Numbered from the stretch's first letter, positions 28,150-36,158 are shown. The stretch: DNA of 64,000 nt from a virus (IMGVR_UViG_3300035696_000029:1-64000); one strand, 5' to 3'. Translations and numbers: made by a program. The notes: generated from the letters alone by a model not told the origin.

Positions 28150-28638
28150 CTAAGATGATGACAGGGAAGTTGCAATCTTTTCTACGGAAATAGAGTTAAT
28201 CTTTTGGAGCAACTCAGTAAATAATTCATACTCAAAAACACTTCCTGTCCATTCACCTTTTTTAATCATTTCTGTTCGACCACTAGGAATGTCATTGAAA
28301 GTTTCATCCTTTTCTGCACGATGAACATTCATTTTCTTTTCAACAATGGTAGCTGCTTCTGTCTTAACTGCATCCATGATTCTGATCAACAAAGATTCAG
28401 GAATTGCATCCTCATTCGGAAAACAAACATTGCAACGGAATCGTCCCTTGGAATGTTTGGCCATTGCTTTTTCCATTTCTTTTTGATGCTTTCGAATTTC
28501 TCCCATAAGAGACCAAACTATTTGACGTTGCTCAGGATACATATGAGGAGTAGGCATCACAGAATGAAGAATCCATTCAGACGCAGCAAGAGAGAATTCT
28601 TCTAAATCAAAATCATGAGAAGGCTTTTTGGTTTTCAT
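28150..28638 (-). CDS. hypothetical protein (162 aa)
   Basis: ORF with CNVC motif between primase ZBD and polymerase. Confidence 0.65.
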   Translation of the reverse strand: MKTKKPSHDFDLEEFSLAASEWILHSVMPTPHMYPEQRQIVWSLMGEIRKHQKEMEKAMAKHSKGRFRCNVCFPNEDAIPESLLIRIMDAVKTEAATIVEKKMNVHRAEKDETFNDIPSGRTEMIKKGEWTGSVFEYELFTELLQKINSISVEKIATSLSSS

Positions 28639-28649
28639 TTTTATTCCAC

Positions 28650-28700
28650 TGATACCTTAAAAGGTATCATACGCTTGTTTTGATACCTTAAAGGGTATCT
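28650..28700. repeat. two tandem 20-bp palindromic operator-like sites
   Basis: TGATACCTT-AA-AAGGTATCA (28650-28669) and TGATACCTT-AA-AGGGTATCT (28681-28700). Confidence 0.85.
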
Positions 28701-29388
28701 ATTTGGCTCTCGCGACTTCATCCACTATTTCTTTTCCCAATACTCGGGCTAGTTTTAAAGCAGCTTTTATCTTCAACCGGGCAGATTCTCGATACCGCTC
28801 TTCAGCATCATCTATCTCTTGACTTTTCAGTACAGCTGTAGATTCGCTGTTAAGATGTTCCGCCTGGAAGTAAATACGCAAGAATTCAGTAGCTTGCTCA
28901 ATATCTCGGTTGGTTTGTATCTCTCGGCGAGCCTTTAGGATGTACGGCTCAGCAAGGTCAGCAAATTCTACAGTGACCGTAACTTCTTGGTCAGGATCTT
29001 CTTCTACAATGTTGGGAATGTAAGCTAGATGGTATTGCGTCTCAATCCATTTGACAGCTTTGGGGAAAGAATAACCAAGGAGTTCCCGCACAAAACGGAC
29101 ATGATCCCAATATTGTTGACCGGGAGGACATCCATAACACCATCCATTGTTGCCCCGCGCCGGAGGATAGATGTTGAAACTGGGAGTAGAATCTGTGCCG
29201 TGAAAGGGACAACGGATTTCACTTCCAGTTTTACCTGTTAGGTCGGCGACTAGATCGGAGAAAAGTACTTCTCGCTCGATTTGTTCTAAACGTTCCGGAT
29301 TTATTCGGGATTTGGAATATAAGGAATCCAGACTGGATCGTTCAAAATTGACATCTTCAGCATCGGGATAAAAGAGTTCGTCTGGCAC
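28699..29388 (-). CDS. stand-alone CHC2 zinc-finger (primase zinc-binding domain) protein
   Basis: CPFH...TPSF...WCYGC...D...FV...GYSFPKAVKWI; GTG start. Confidence 0.88.
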   Translation of the reverse strand: MPDELFYPDAEDVNFERSSLDSLYSKSRINPERLEQIEREVLFSDLVADLTGKTGSEIRCPFHGTDSTPSFNIYPPARGNNGWCYGCPPGQQYWDHVRFVRELLGYSFPKAVKWIETQYHLAYIPNIVEEDPDQEVTVTVEFADLAEPYILKARREIQTNRDIEQATEFLRIYFQAEHLNSESTAVLKSQEIDDAEERYRESARLKIKAALKLARVLGKEIVDEVARAK

Positions 29389-29409
29389 ATGTATCTAATA
29401 CTGTTTTAG

Positions 29410-29477
29410 ACAATAAAGGGGTGCTAACGTTAGCACCCCTTTATTTCAAAAGGAGAACACAAATGAATGAAGTGTTC
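29410..29477 (-). ncRNA. candidate ~68-nt small RNA
   Basis: sigma70-like promoter places +1 at G29477, the first base of a GAACAC/GUGUUC hairpin; UCCUUUUGA linker; terminator hairpin; no ORF on this strand. Confidence 0.6.
29412..29445. terminator. 34-bp perfect palindrome, bidirectional intrinsic-terminator-like
   Basis: AATAAAGGGGTGCTAAC/GTTAGCACCCCTTTATT, exact reverse complements. Confidence 0.8.
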
Positions 29478-29483
29478 GACTGT

Positions 29484-29512
29484 ATGATACTAGTAAATTC
29501 CAATTGTATCAA
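29484..29512 (-). promoter_or_regulatory. sigma70-like promoter TTGATA-17-TATCAT
   Basis: 5/6 and 5/6 match to consensus with exact 17-nt spacer. Confidence 0.7.
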
Positions 29513-29514
29513 GA

Positions 29515-30099
29515 TTAATCAACGATATTATTTCGCCAATTTAGAAGTTGATCTTGGTCAATTTTAATACGCTTCCGGCCAGGTGTAAGATCTGTTAGTT
29601 CTTCATTACTTACAGCTTTATAAATCCGGTGCCTTGAGACACCAGCAATTTGAGCGGCTCTAGGAACACCAATAGGCCGTTTCTTCCGAACAATAGGAGA
29701 AGGGACAGACTCAATCGATTTCAATTCTGGAACGAGTTCAGAAGGAGGAGCAGGTTCGGAAGAAGAAGATTCCAACCGACGGAACTCATCATATTTGGCA
29801 TAATAGCCTAAAATTCGGTTGGATTCTCCGTTGCCATAAGTTGACTTGTGCCATCTGTCATAAAGTTTGTGGTCTGTCAGTTCAATTCCTTGAAGTTTAG
29901 CAGCCGCATTGGCATTTGGACGTGTAGCTCTTGGATCTAGAAAACAAGCCAATTTTTCAATACGGGGATAAACATCTAATTTCCAATCTTTTCGTTGGGG
30001 TTCAAGAATTCCTATCATAGCTGCCGCAACATTAAAAACCTTCAATGCTGGATCGGCACTGTAATTCAGACATTTGCGTGGTTGGTTATAGCGTGACAT
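29515..30099 (-). CDS. DNA-binding protein with C-terminal excisionase-like HTH
   Basis: IGVPRAAQIAGVSRHRIYKAVSNEEL...RIKID...LLNW. Confidence 0.75.
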   Translation of the reverse strand: MSRYNQPRKCLNYSADPALKVFNVAAAMIGILEPQRKDWKLDVYPRIEKLACFLDPRATRPNANAAAKLQGIELTDHKLYDRWHKSTYGNGESNRILGYYAKYDEFRRLESSSSEPAPPSELVPELKSIESVPSPIVRKKRPIGVPRAAQIAGVSRHRIYKAVSNEELTDLTPGRKRIKIDQDQLLNWRNNIVD

Positions 30100-30145
30100 A
30101 CCAATTGATACCTCAAAATTTCACAAAATCAAATTAAAGAAATTT

Positions 30146-30946
30146 TTAGTTGCACCAGCTATTCGACAATCGTCCATCTGGAAACAGTGTCAATTTCTGT
30201 CCTGTCTTATAAACTGCTCTATCTTCACCATACAACAAACGAATCTTAAAAGACAGGTCTAATTTGTTCATCGATTTGCACAACTTCACAATCTTCTTCA
30301 TCTCCTCTTCAGGAGGAGCTAACTCTTTATCAATCTCATCTTGCATATCCCGTACAGGCCAAACCGAAACGCTATCGGCACCGTAGAACTTAAGCACGTT
30401 TATGGTTTCTTCCAGATCCCAACAGGTAGCAATCGTATTCTTGCAAAGAACTATGTTAGCTCTTATGGCGAGATCAACAGCATGAATTCTACTGAACATC
30501 ATCAAGAATGAAGGATAGCTGTCTACTCCATAAGCTACAGCATTATGTCTCTCGCTAGCATTGTGAACAGTTATGTAGATTGTGGTCAAACCTAGTGCTC
30601 TCCACCGAGGCAGCCAAGTGTTACAGAATTCTTCGTTTCCCAAAAGGATGCCATTCGTATACAAATTCACAGGATTGAATTCCATGCCTCGTTGTTTAAA
30701 CTCTTGAATGATTTCCAAAGTTGCTGTCACTGAGAGAGGAGACAATGTAGGTTCACCGCTACTGGTCAAAGAGAGATACCGTGCTCCTTTGTCGTAGCAG
30801 TATTCTAGAGTCTTGCTAATCAGGTTACGATCGATTACACCGTCTTCTTTAGCTGCAAACTTCCTAATCGGCACACCAGCACAATGAGCGCAACGGGCAT
30901 TACACTGCCCTGTTCCTACAAACAATCCTAGACTATTGAGTTTCAT
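30146..30946 (-). CDS. radical SAM protein (266 aa)
   Basis: CNARCAHC; LTSSGEPT; YTNGILL. Confidence 0.92.
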   Translation of the reverse strand: MKLNSLGLFVGTGQCNARCAHCAGVPIRKFAAKEDGVIDRNLISKTLEYCYDKGARYLSLTSSGEPTLSPLSVTATLEIIQEFKQRGMEFNPVNLYTNGILLGNEEFCNTWLPRWRALGLTTIYITVHNASERHNAVAYGVDSYPSFLMMFSRIHAVDLAIRANIVLCKNTIATCWDLEETINVLKFYGADSVSVWPVRDMQDEIDKELAPPEEEMKKIVKLCKSMNKLDLSFKIRLLYGEDRAVYKTGQKLTLFPDGRLSNSWCN

Positions 30947-30947
30947 T

Positions 30948-31409
30948 TTACAATTTTAATCGTGCAGCTTCTTGAAGAAGCTTATCTTTCACTTGAGCAC
31001 GTTCGAATTCTCTTTCTGCACGAGCCTGTTGATGCTTCTTTTGTCGAGCTAATCGAGTTGCAATTCGTTGTTTGTTTGCTATCAAATGTCGCAATTTCTT
31101 CTGCCATTCGGGAGAAAAGTCGGAATATCTTACATTACACTCTTTGATGTCCCACCATTCAACATCAAATACTAAAGAACCTTTGTACCAAATCTTAATG
31201 TTATCACCACCAAACATGGTGTAACCGCTCTCCCTGTAGAAAGTAAAATCGAAGAAATCGCTTAGTTCAGCTTTAGTATGAGTATAGCACGATTCTACCT
31301 TTTCATACAGGATAACTCCACGTTCTCGCACAATTGTGTCGACATAATTTATGATTTTTTCAACTTGTTTCTGTCGCTCCACAATTCGTTTTGCAGTTAC
31401 TTCATACAT
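30948..31409 (-). CDS. hypothetical protein (153 aa)
   Basis: ATG 31409 behind GAAGG; helical charged tail. Confidence 0.6.
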   Translation of the reverse strand: MYEVTAKRIVERQKQVEKIINYVDTIVRERGVILYEKVESCYTHTKAELSDFFDFTFYRESGYTMFGGDNIKIWYKGSLVFDVEWWDIKECNVRYSDFSPEWQKKLRHLIANKQRIATRLARQKKHQQARAEREFERAQVKDKLLQEAARLKL

Positions 31410-32299
31410 AGAGCACCTTCTCGAATCCAACTATAAGCAACCGTACCATCTTGAAATACTACCAACTGCCTTACGAAATCTTTCTTAGGATCATGGCGAG
31501 TGACATAATCAGTTATCCGTAGGATGCTTCCATGATAATCATATACTCCGCCACCCCAAACATGCCCATGACAAAGCACGGCATTCTTAGCGAGCCAGCG
31601 TCTAATGGACCACAGTCCCATTCTTGAAGGAGTATATTCATTCCGAGAACCATCTGGGTTTCCAATAGGCCAAGAAGTGATATTATCTAAACCTAGAATC
31701 TGTAAGCAGCGTACAGCATGATGATAGCTCTCAGCATCATCCACCCCGCCTTTGCGTAGCAATAAAGTACAGCGAACACCTACGCCATGCTTACGAATGT
31801 GGTCGGCTATCAATTGAAACGGTGGAAAGGACTTTAATCCGTAAGCTTTGGCTTGCTCATCCAAATCAATAGCATGAACCGAGAAAGCAACATTTGTTAA
31901 TCCAAGTTTTCTCCAGAGAGGTAGCCACTTATCGGAATATTCAGCAGAAGCAAATAGGATACCGTTGGTGAACAGATTAACATTAGGAAAGTAGGCTCCT
32001 TCTTTTGCACACTTGTCGTAAACTTGAAGAGCCTTAGTAATGGAGTCAGGTGAGCAAGTGGGTTCTCCGCTGCTCGTTAAAGACAGAGACCAACCGCCGT
32101 AACGTGCCGATAACTTGATGGCTGATTCGTAGTTCTTCCAAAAAATAGGACTGTCGGGATTGGCTTCAGGTCGAAGATATCTTCCAGCGCAAAATGCACA
32201 ATTACCATTACAAGCAGCAGAACCAATTACTGCCGATACACTATAGATTTTTTCGATACAAGCCACTAATACACTCCTAATCCGGTAGTCTTTTGACAA
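31397..32299 (-). CDS. radical SAM protein (300 aa), paralogue of 30146-30946
   Basis: CNGNCAFC; LSLTSSGEPT; FTNGILF; WLPLWRKLGLT. Confidence 0.92.
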   Translation of the reverse strand: MSKDYRIRSVLVACIEKIYSVSAVIGSAACNGNCAFCAGRYLRPEANPDSPIFWKNYESAIKLSARYGGWSLSLTSSGEPTCSPDSITKALQVYDKCAKEGAYFPNVNLFTNGILFASAEYSDKWLPLWRKLGLTNVAFSVHAIDLDEQAKAYGLKSFPPFQLIADHIRKHGVGVRCTLLLRKGGVDDAESYHHAVRCLQILGLDNITSWPIGNPDGSRNEYTPSRMGLWSIRRWLAKNAVLCHGHVWGGGVYDYHGSILRITDYVTRHDPKKDFVRQLVVFQDGTVAYSWIREGALCMK

Positions 32300-32609
32300 C
32301 TAAAAATGTATCGTGATCGAAGTCGCAATCCTGAGTATGCCCAGTGGTGTACTGGACTATACAATGCATTCCTACCCAGACAGGCGGAGCACCTTGTAGC
32401 CGCATTGGAATTGAAAATACTTCGCCACTTTCTTTTTCAAAGACGACGGTATATTCGCATCCCGCATTGCAACAAGATCCTCCGCCCCAAACGGATCTTA
32501 CCCATCCTGTTGCTTGATTATTGGACGAACTTCTAGTTTCATCCACGTTATCGCAAGAGCAAAAGGTGCCGATTAACACCATAACTGCCAGAATCAGAAA
32601 TCTACGCAT
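32277..32609 (-). CDS. putative lipoprotein (110 aa)
   Basis: MRR + hydrophobic core + FCSC lipobox-like end, S/N-rich linker. Confidence 0.6.
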   Translation of the reverse strand: MRRFLILAVMVLIGTFCSCDNVDETRSSSNNQATGWVRSVWGGGSCCNAGCEYTVVFEKESGEVFSIPMRLQGAPPVWVGMHCIVQYTTGHTQDCDFDHDTFLVVKRLPD

Positions 32610-32633
32610 TTCGATTTTCTCCCTTTCCTATTG

Positions 32634-33455
32634 TTACAACCACTGTTCCTGAATCCTTCCTCCTGGGAAATAGCTCTGTTCGTGTACTTCACCCTTATCG
32701 TCGTGTCCTTTGGTAATAGGGTAAATTAAGCTGATTCTCCCATTAGCATATAGGTTAATACTCTCAACTTCCACATAATGGACATCCCAATAGGTCACCT
32801 GCAGCCCCTTCCAACGATACGTGGGCATCCCTAGTGTATGATGATCAAACTTCTCAGCTGGCATCGGGTTGCCTATGTGTGGTTGACCATAAGGCTCACG
32901 GATATTTACTCGTATAATATCCATGCCGGACAGAATGTCTAAGGTTTTAAAGATGTCCCCGTTATCGACATTTTCCGGTCCCATCACAATGTTGACTTTG
33001 ATGGGCATCTTAGGATGATTTTTCAGAATACGAGTTATATTTGGAGGCTCGCCCGAACCCATCATCTTACGATAGATTTCCTTATCAAATGAGCAGACAG
33101 TAATGCTGGCTTTGTCGTAATCGCCAAAGATAGCTCGATTGTACAGAATCCCATTGGTACGGATAGCAATAGGTACTACGATTTGGAAACGAATCTCGGA
33201 CAAAAGTTCAAATGTCTTAGTGTAAAGTAGGGGATCTGTATTGGTGCCCGTAACACAGATTTCTTTGACTTTGCGCTTGATGCATTCTTCTAGGAATTGG
33301 GACAAATTGTCGGGCAATTTGTTCAGATTATTCAAGGAATCCAGAGCCATCATGTGCTGTCCTATGCAAAAATAGCATGAACGATTACAAGGTCCGGAGA
33401 GATGGATGTTACCGAACCAATGCTTAAATTGGCCCTCGTCGTTCAAACAGCCCAT
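32634..33455 (-). CDS. radical SAM protein (273 aa), divergent from the other two
   Basis: CNRSCYFC; VTGTNTDP in place of GGEP; RTNG. Confidence 0.9.
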   Translation of the reverse strand: MGCLNDEGQFKHWFGNIHLSGPCNRSCYFCIGQHMMALDSLNNLNKLPDNLSQFLEECIKRKVKEICVTGTNTDPLLYTKTFELLSEIRFQIVVPIAIRTNGILYNRAIFGDYDKASITVCSFDKEIYRKMMGSGEPPNITRILKNHPKMPIKVNIVMGPENVDNGDIFKTLDILSGMDIIRVNIREPYGQPHIGNPMPAEKFDHHTLGMPTYRWKGLQVTYWDVHYVEVESINLYANGRISLIYPITKGHDDKGEVHEQSYFPGGRIQEQWL

Positions 33456-33464
33456 GATTCCCTT

Positions 33465-33641
33465 TTATTGATCCCTTGGTATAAGTTTGACGATATCTGT
33501 TAATTCGTTATAAAGTTGTAACGCTGTTTCTTTGATTGCTTTCAACATTTCAGGACTATTATCCTTCTCAGGATCTATCATAGCAAAAGCTGAAGCTATG
33601 CCGCAAGCTTTGAGAAGTCGTTCTCTAACTGGATTAGACAT
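33465..33641 (-). CDS. small protein (58 aa) below the ORF-track cutoff
   Basis: MSNPVRERLLKACG...PRDQ*, GAGAGG RBS, promoter motif upstream. Confidence 0.65.
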   Translation of the reverse strand: MSNPVRERLLKACGIASAFAMIDPEKDNSPEMLKAIKETALQLYNELTDIVKLIPRDQ

Positions 33642-33656
33642 TGTTTTCCTCTCAAA

Positions 33657-33689
33657 ATTATACTACGGATGCAGTTGTTCAAATAGCTA
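33657..33689 (-). promoter_or_regulatory. degenerate copy of the phage promoter motif
   Basis: TAGCTATTT-N13-CGTAGTATAAT. Confidence 0.5.
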
Positions 33690-34137
33690 CTAACGGCTTC
33701 CTGTTGATTGTGCCACGGCACCTTTTCGATCCGCAATTGCAAGGGACTACAGGAATCTTTTTATTGGGAAGATCATATTTGTAATCGATGGTTAGCTCTT
33801 CACCTTTTCGAATTGAACGCAAGCTGTAATAGAAAACGCGCTTCCCAAGAAAGCGAACTTCCAAATTTGGATTGCAAGAATGGTTTATAAATTCCGCACC
33901 ACTTCCACCTGTTGAACCATCTAAATTCCAGTAGTCATTAATCTTCCAAGTATAACGAGGAGACCAACCTTGTTTTAATTTCTCTGCATATTGATGACGA
34001 TTTAGTAATTGCCCTGTATGTTCGATTATGGGTTTACCTGCTTTTACATATTGTTGAGCAGTAATACCCCAACGATGTATGGGTGATCTGAAGATCTTCA
34101 TCTTCACAAAGGTATAATCAGGATTGATATTAGGCAT
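33679..34137 (-). CDS. SET-domain lysine methyltransferase with post-SET motif
   Basis: SPIHRWG, FINHSCNPN, ELTIDY, CNCGSKRCRG. Confidence 0.93.
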   Translation of the reverse strand: MPNINPDYTFVKMKIFRSPIHRWGITAQQYVKAGKPIIEHTGQLLNRHQYAEKLKQGWSPRYTWKINDYWNLDGSTGGSGAEFINHSCNPNLEVRFLGKRVFYYSLRSIRKGEELTIDYKYDLPNKKIPVVPCNCGSKRCRGTINRKPLVAI

Positions 34138-34158
34138 CGATTGTTTAACCTATGCTAT

Positions 34159-34281
34159 CTATAATTTTACCCCGTGAAAAATAAGCCATCCCTTGAATAC
34201 AAGAACTGCTGCACCTAAGAGCGCAATGATAATCATGACGATAAAAGAGCCGTCAATTCCTTTTGGACTAAAGTATTTCAC
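34159..34281 (-). CDS. small membrane peptide (40 aa)
   Basis: GTG start after AGGA; MKYFSPKGIDGSFIVMIIIALLGAAVLVFKGWLIFHGVKL. Confidence 0.55.
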   Translation of the reverse strand: MKYFSPKGIDGSFIVMIIIALLGAAVLVFKGWLIFHGVKL

Positions 34282-34290
34282 GATCTTATC

Positions 34291-34459
34291 CTACTCAGAA
34301 CTATGAAACCTGCAACCGTCAGGAACAGAATCTTTCGCAAGATCTGCGCATCCCTGGCAATGTTCTCCCGACTCATGAGTATGATCGTCAAGCGGAACAT
34401 TGGGAGCTACAGGTTCAACGGCTGCTTCTGGCGTAAGGTATCCAGAATCTGCTACTCAT
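34291..34459 (-). pseudogene. small Cys/His-rich ORF with one extra base after the start codon
   Basis: GAGGG RBS and ATG at 34459; span 169 nt = 56 codons + 1; the +1 frame is open for 54 sense codons. Confidence 0.4.
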
Positions 34460-34486
34460 TTTGCCCTCTTTTACTAAGAATACTGC

Positions 34487-35824
34487 TTACCCCGCTATGG
34501 CTGCCCGTTTCTTATACGGCTTCCGCTGCTTAGGCACAATTGCACGATTCAAGAAGCAATCTTTCAATTGCTTCAAACGATTTCGCGCTCGATTAAAGTC
34601 CTGTTCGGTCATGCCTAATTCTCGTTGTGCTTCACCAAAGGTTCCTGTGCTAGCTATGGCTTCGATAACAGCCAACATAGAAGGATCTTCAGACTCGACA
34701 AATCGTCTGTATTCGGACAAGAACAATTTCTGTTCATGCTGACGACGATCGCGCATAGTAATGTGCATAAGATGTTCGGAATTTGTATGCACATATTCAT
34801 CATCCACAACTTCGTAGTTCTCAGGATCCATCTGTGACGAAAGGATGCAATTGCCCGGTCGACAGATAGGATTCTTATTTTGCTTACTCACAATGGTGTT
34901 AAAGCGATTGCTCAAACACATGTTGATGTAATTGCGGAACCGCTTCTCACTGGCTCCGTATTGAAGGATAGGATTAAAGGTCTCGACAACATCAGTACAA
35001 CCTGCCACACGACCGTTGTAACCTACGGTACGAGACTTGGATCGTTCGGGAAGATACTTCATGTGCTGATACAATTCCATTTCCCAATCTTCAACGTCAG
35101 CGTCTACAATATTCTTATGGAGCCGCTTTTTGACCCAGTTGCGAATGTAATGAGGATACCGCTCCCAAAACTCCTCAAAATTGAGAGGTACACGGAAGCC
35201 ATCGTCACCAATGAAGTGCCCGGTAATGGGGTCTCGAGTAAACTTGTCACCTGTATAAGTAGGACTGGTTTCTACGTTTACAGGAGTAGTTTTGACTGCT
35301 AAAGTTTCTAAGATACGATTGTCTATATCTTCTGCATTGGTGAGAATGGAGACTTCGGGTCGTTCATCATTAAGAAGACGATCTTTATCTTGGCCAGGGA
35401 AGATACTGTCAACTTCGTAAACACCTTGATCAACAGTGCCAGTGAGAGTGCCGACTATGGACAAACCCCATGGCGGTAGTCCAGTAATCCGTAGACCGCC
35501 TGTCCATTTGACTACCAAGGCATCTTTGTAGGTGAACTTACCTTCTTTGACTTCTTCAACCCAAACAGCATATTTGGGTATTGTCCGATTAGCCCAATAC
35601 TTCTTACTACGACTAATGGGTAACTCCTGCCAATAGTTAATCTTACGAGCAGGTTCCAACGTATCCGGATGGTCAAGGCGAGAACCAAAGGTTCCTTCGG
35701 CTAGCGGATTGTATGCAAATTTTAAGAGTACAGCTTCTTCGATAAGAAAATTGTGTAACTTGAGCCTTATATTATACTTGGGGTTTACTACTCTAAAGAC
35801 GGACGTTGCCAATACGGCTTTCAT
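34487..35824 (-). CDS. sigma70-like factor with an N-terminal extra domain (445 aa)
   Basis: Region-2-like (FEEFWERYPHYIRNWV...EDWEMELY...FRNYINMCLSNRF) and region-4 HTH (TFGEAQRELGMTEQDFNRARNRLKQL); GGGAGG RBS. Confidence 0.6.
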   Translation of the reverse strand: MKAVLATSVFRVVNPKYNIRLKLHNFLIEEAVLLKFAYNPLAEGTFGSRLDHPDTLEPARKINYWQELPISRSKKYWANRTIPKYAVWVEEVKEGKFTYKDALVVKWTGGLRITGLPPWGLSIVGTLTGTVDQGVYEVDSIFPGQDKDRLLNDERPEVSILTNAEDIDNRILETLAVKTTPVNVETSPTYTGDKFTRDPITGHFIGDDGFRVPLNFEEFWERYPHYIRNWVKKRLHKNIVDADVEDWEMELYQHMKYLPERSKSRTVGYNGRVAGCTDVVETFNPILQYGASEKRFRNYINMCLSNRFNTIVSKQNKNPICRPGNCILSSQMDPENYEVVDDEYVHTNSEHLMHITMRDRRQHEQKLFLSEYRRFVESEDPSMLAVIEAIASTGTFGEAQRELGMTEQDFNRARNRLKQLKDCFLNRAIVPKQRKPYKKRAAIAG

Positions 35825-35930
35825 AAGCCTCCCAAAAAGTACAACGAGTATGATTTAGTACCGCATTACAGAGAAGTTCTCACTTATACGCCTAAAAACT
35901 TTGAAAGTAAAGGGAAATAAGGAAATTCCC

Positions 35931-36158
35931 TCAGTTATTCTTTAGATTCTCTCTTACTGCTGCCATGAAAGTAAGCGCCAACAGGTCTTTTTCGCAGCAG
36001 CCATAGCGCCACTTACCTGTTTCAGGAATGTACTCTTTGATTGGCGCTGCATCTTTCTTCAAGATCCAAACAGTGTGACCACGCATATAAAACAGAGCAG
36101 TACTAAGAAAGATTTTCGCTTTCTTAAATTCTGCTCTGATTATTTCCACGATCACCAT
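35931..36158 (-). CDS. hypothetical protein (75 aa)
   Basis: Follows previous stop closely. Confidence 0.5.
   Translation of the reverse strand: MVIVEIIRAEFKKAKIFLSTALFYMRGHTVWILKKDAAPIKEYIPETGKWRYGCCEKDLLALTFMAAVRENLKNN

Noticed and set aside
29515-30099. Excisionase implying a prophage or integrative element
   Set aside because: No integrase or att-like repeats in the window; this HTH type is common as a general regulator.
30146-33455. Calling the radical SAM genes viperin, QueE or NrdG
   Set aside because: Size is compatible but family-specific motifs and partner genes could not be confirmed by eye.
35883-35911. TTTACT-17-TATAAG as promoter of the sigma-like gene
   Set aside because: Plausible but both hexamers deviate at conserved positions in an AT-rich gap; not distinguishable from chance.
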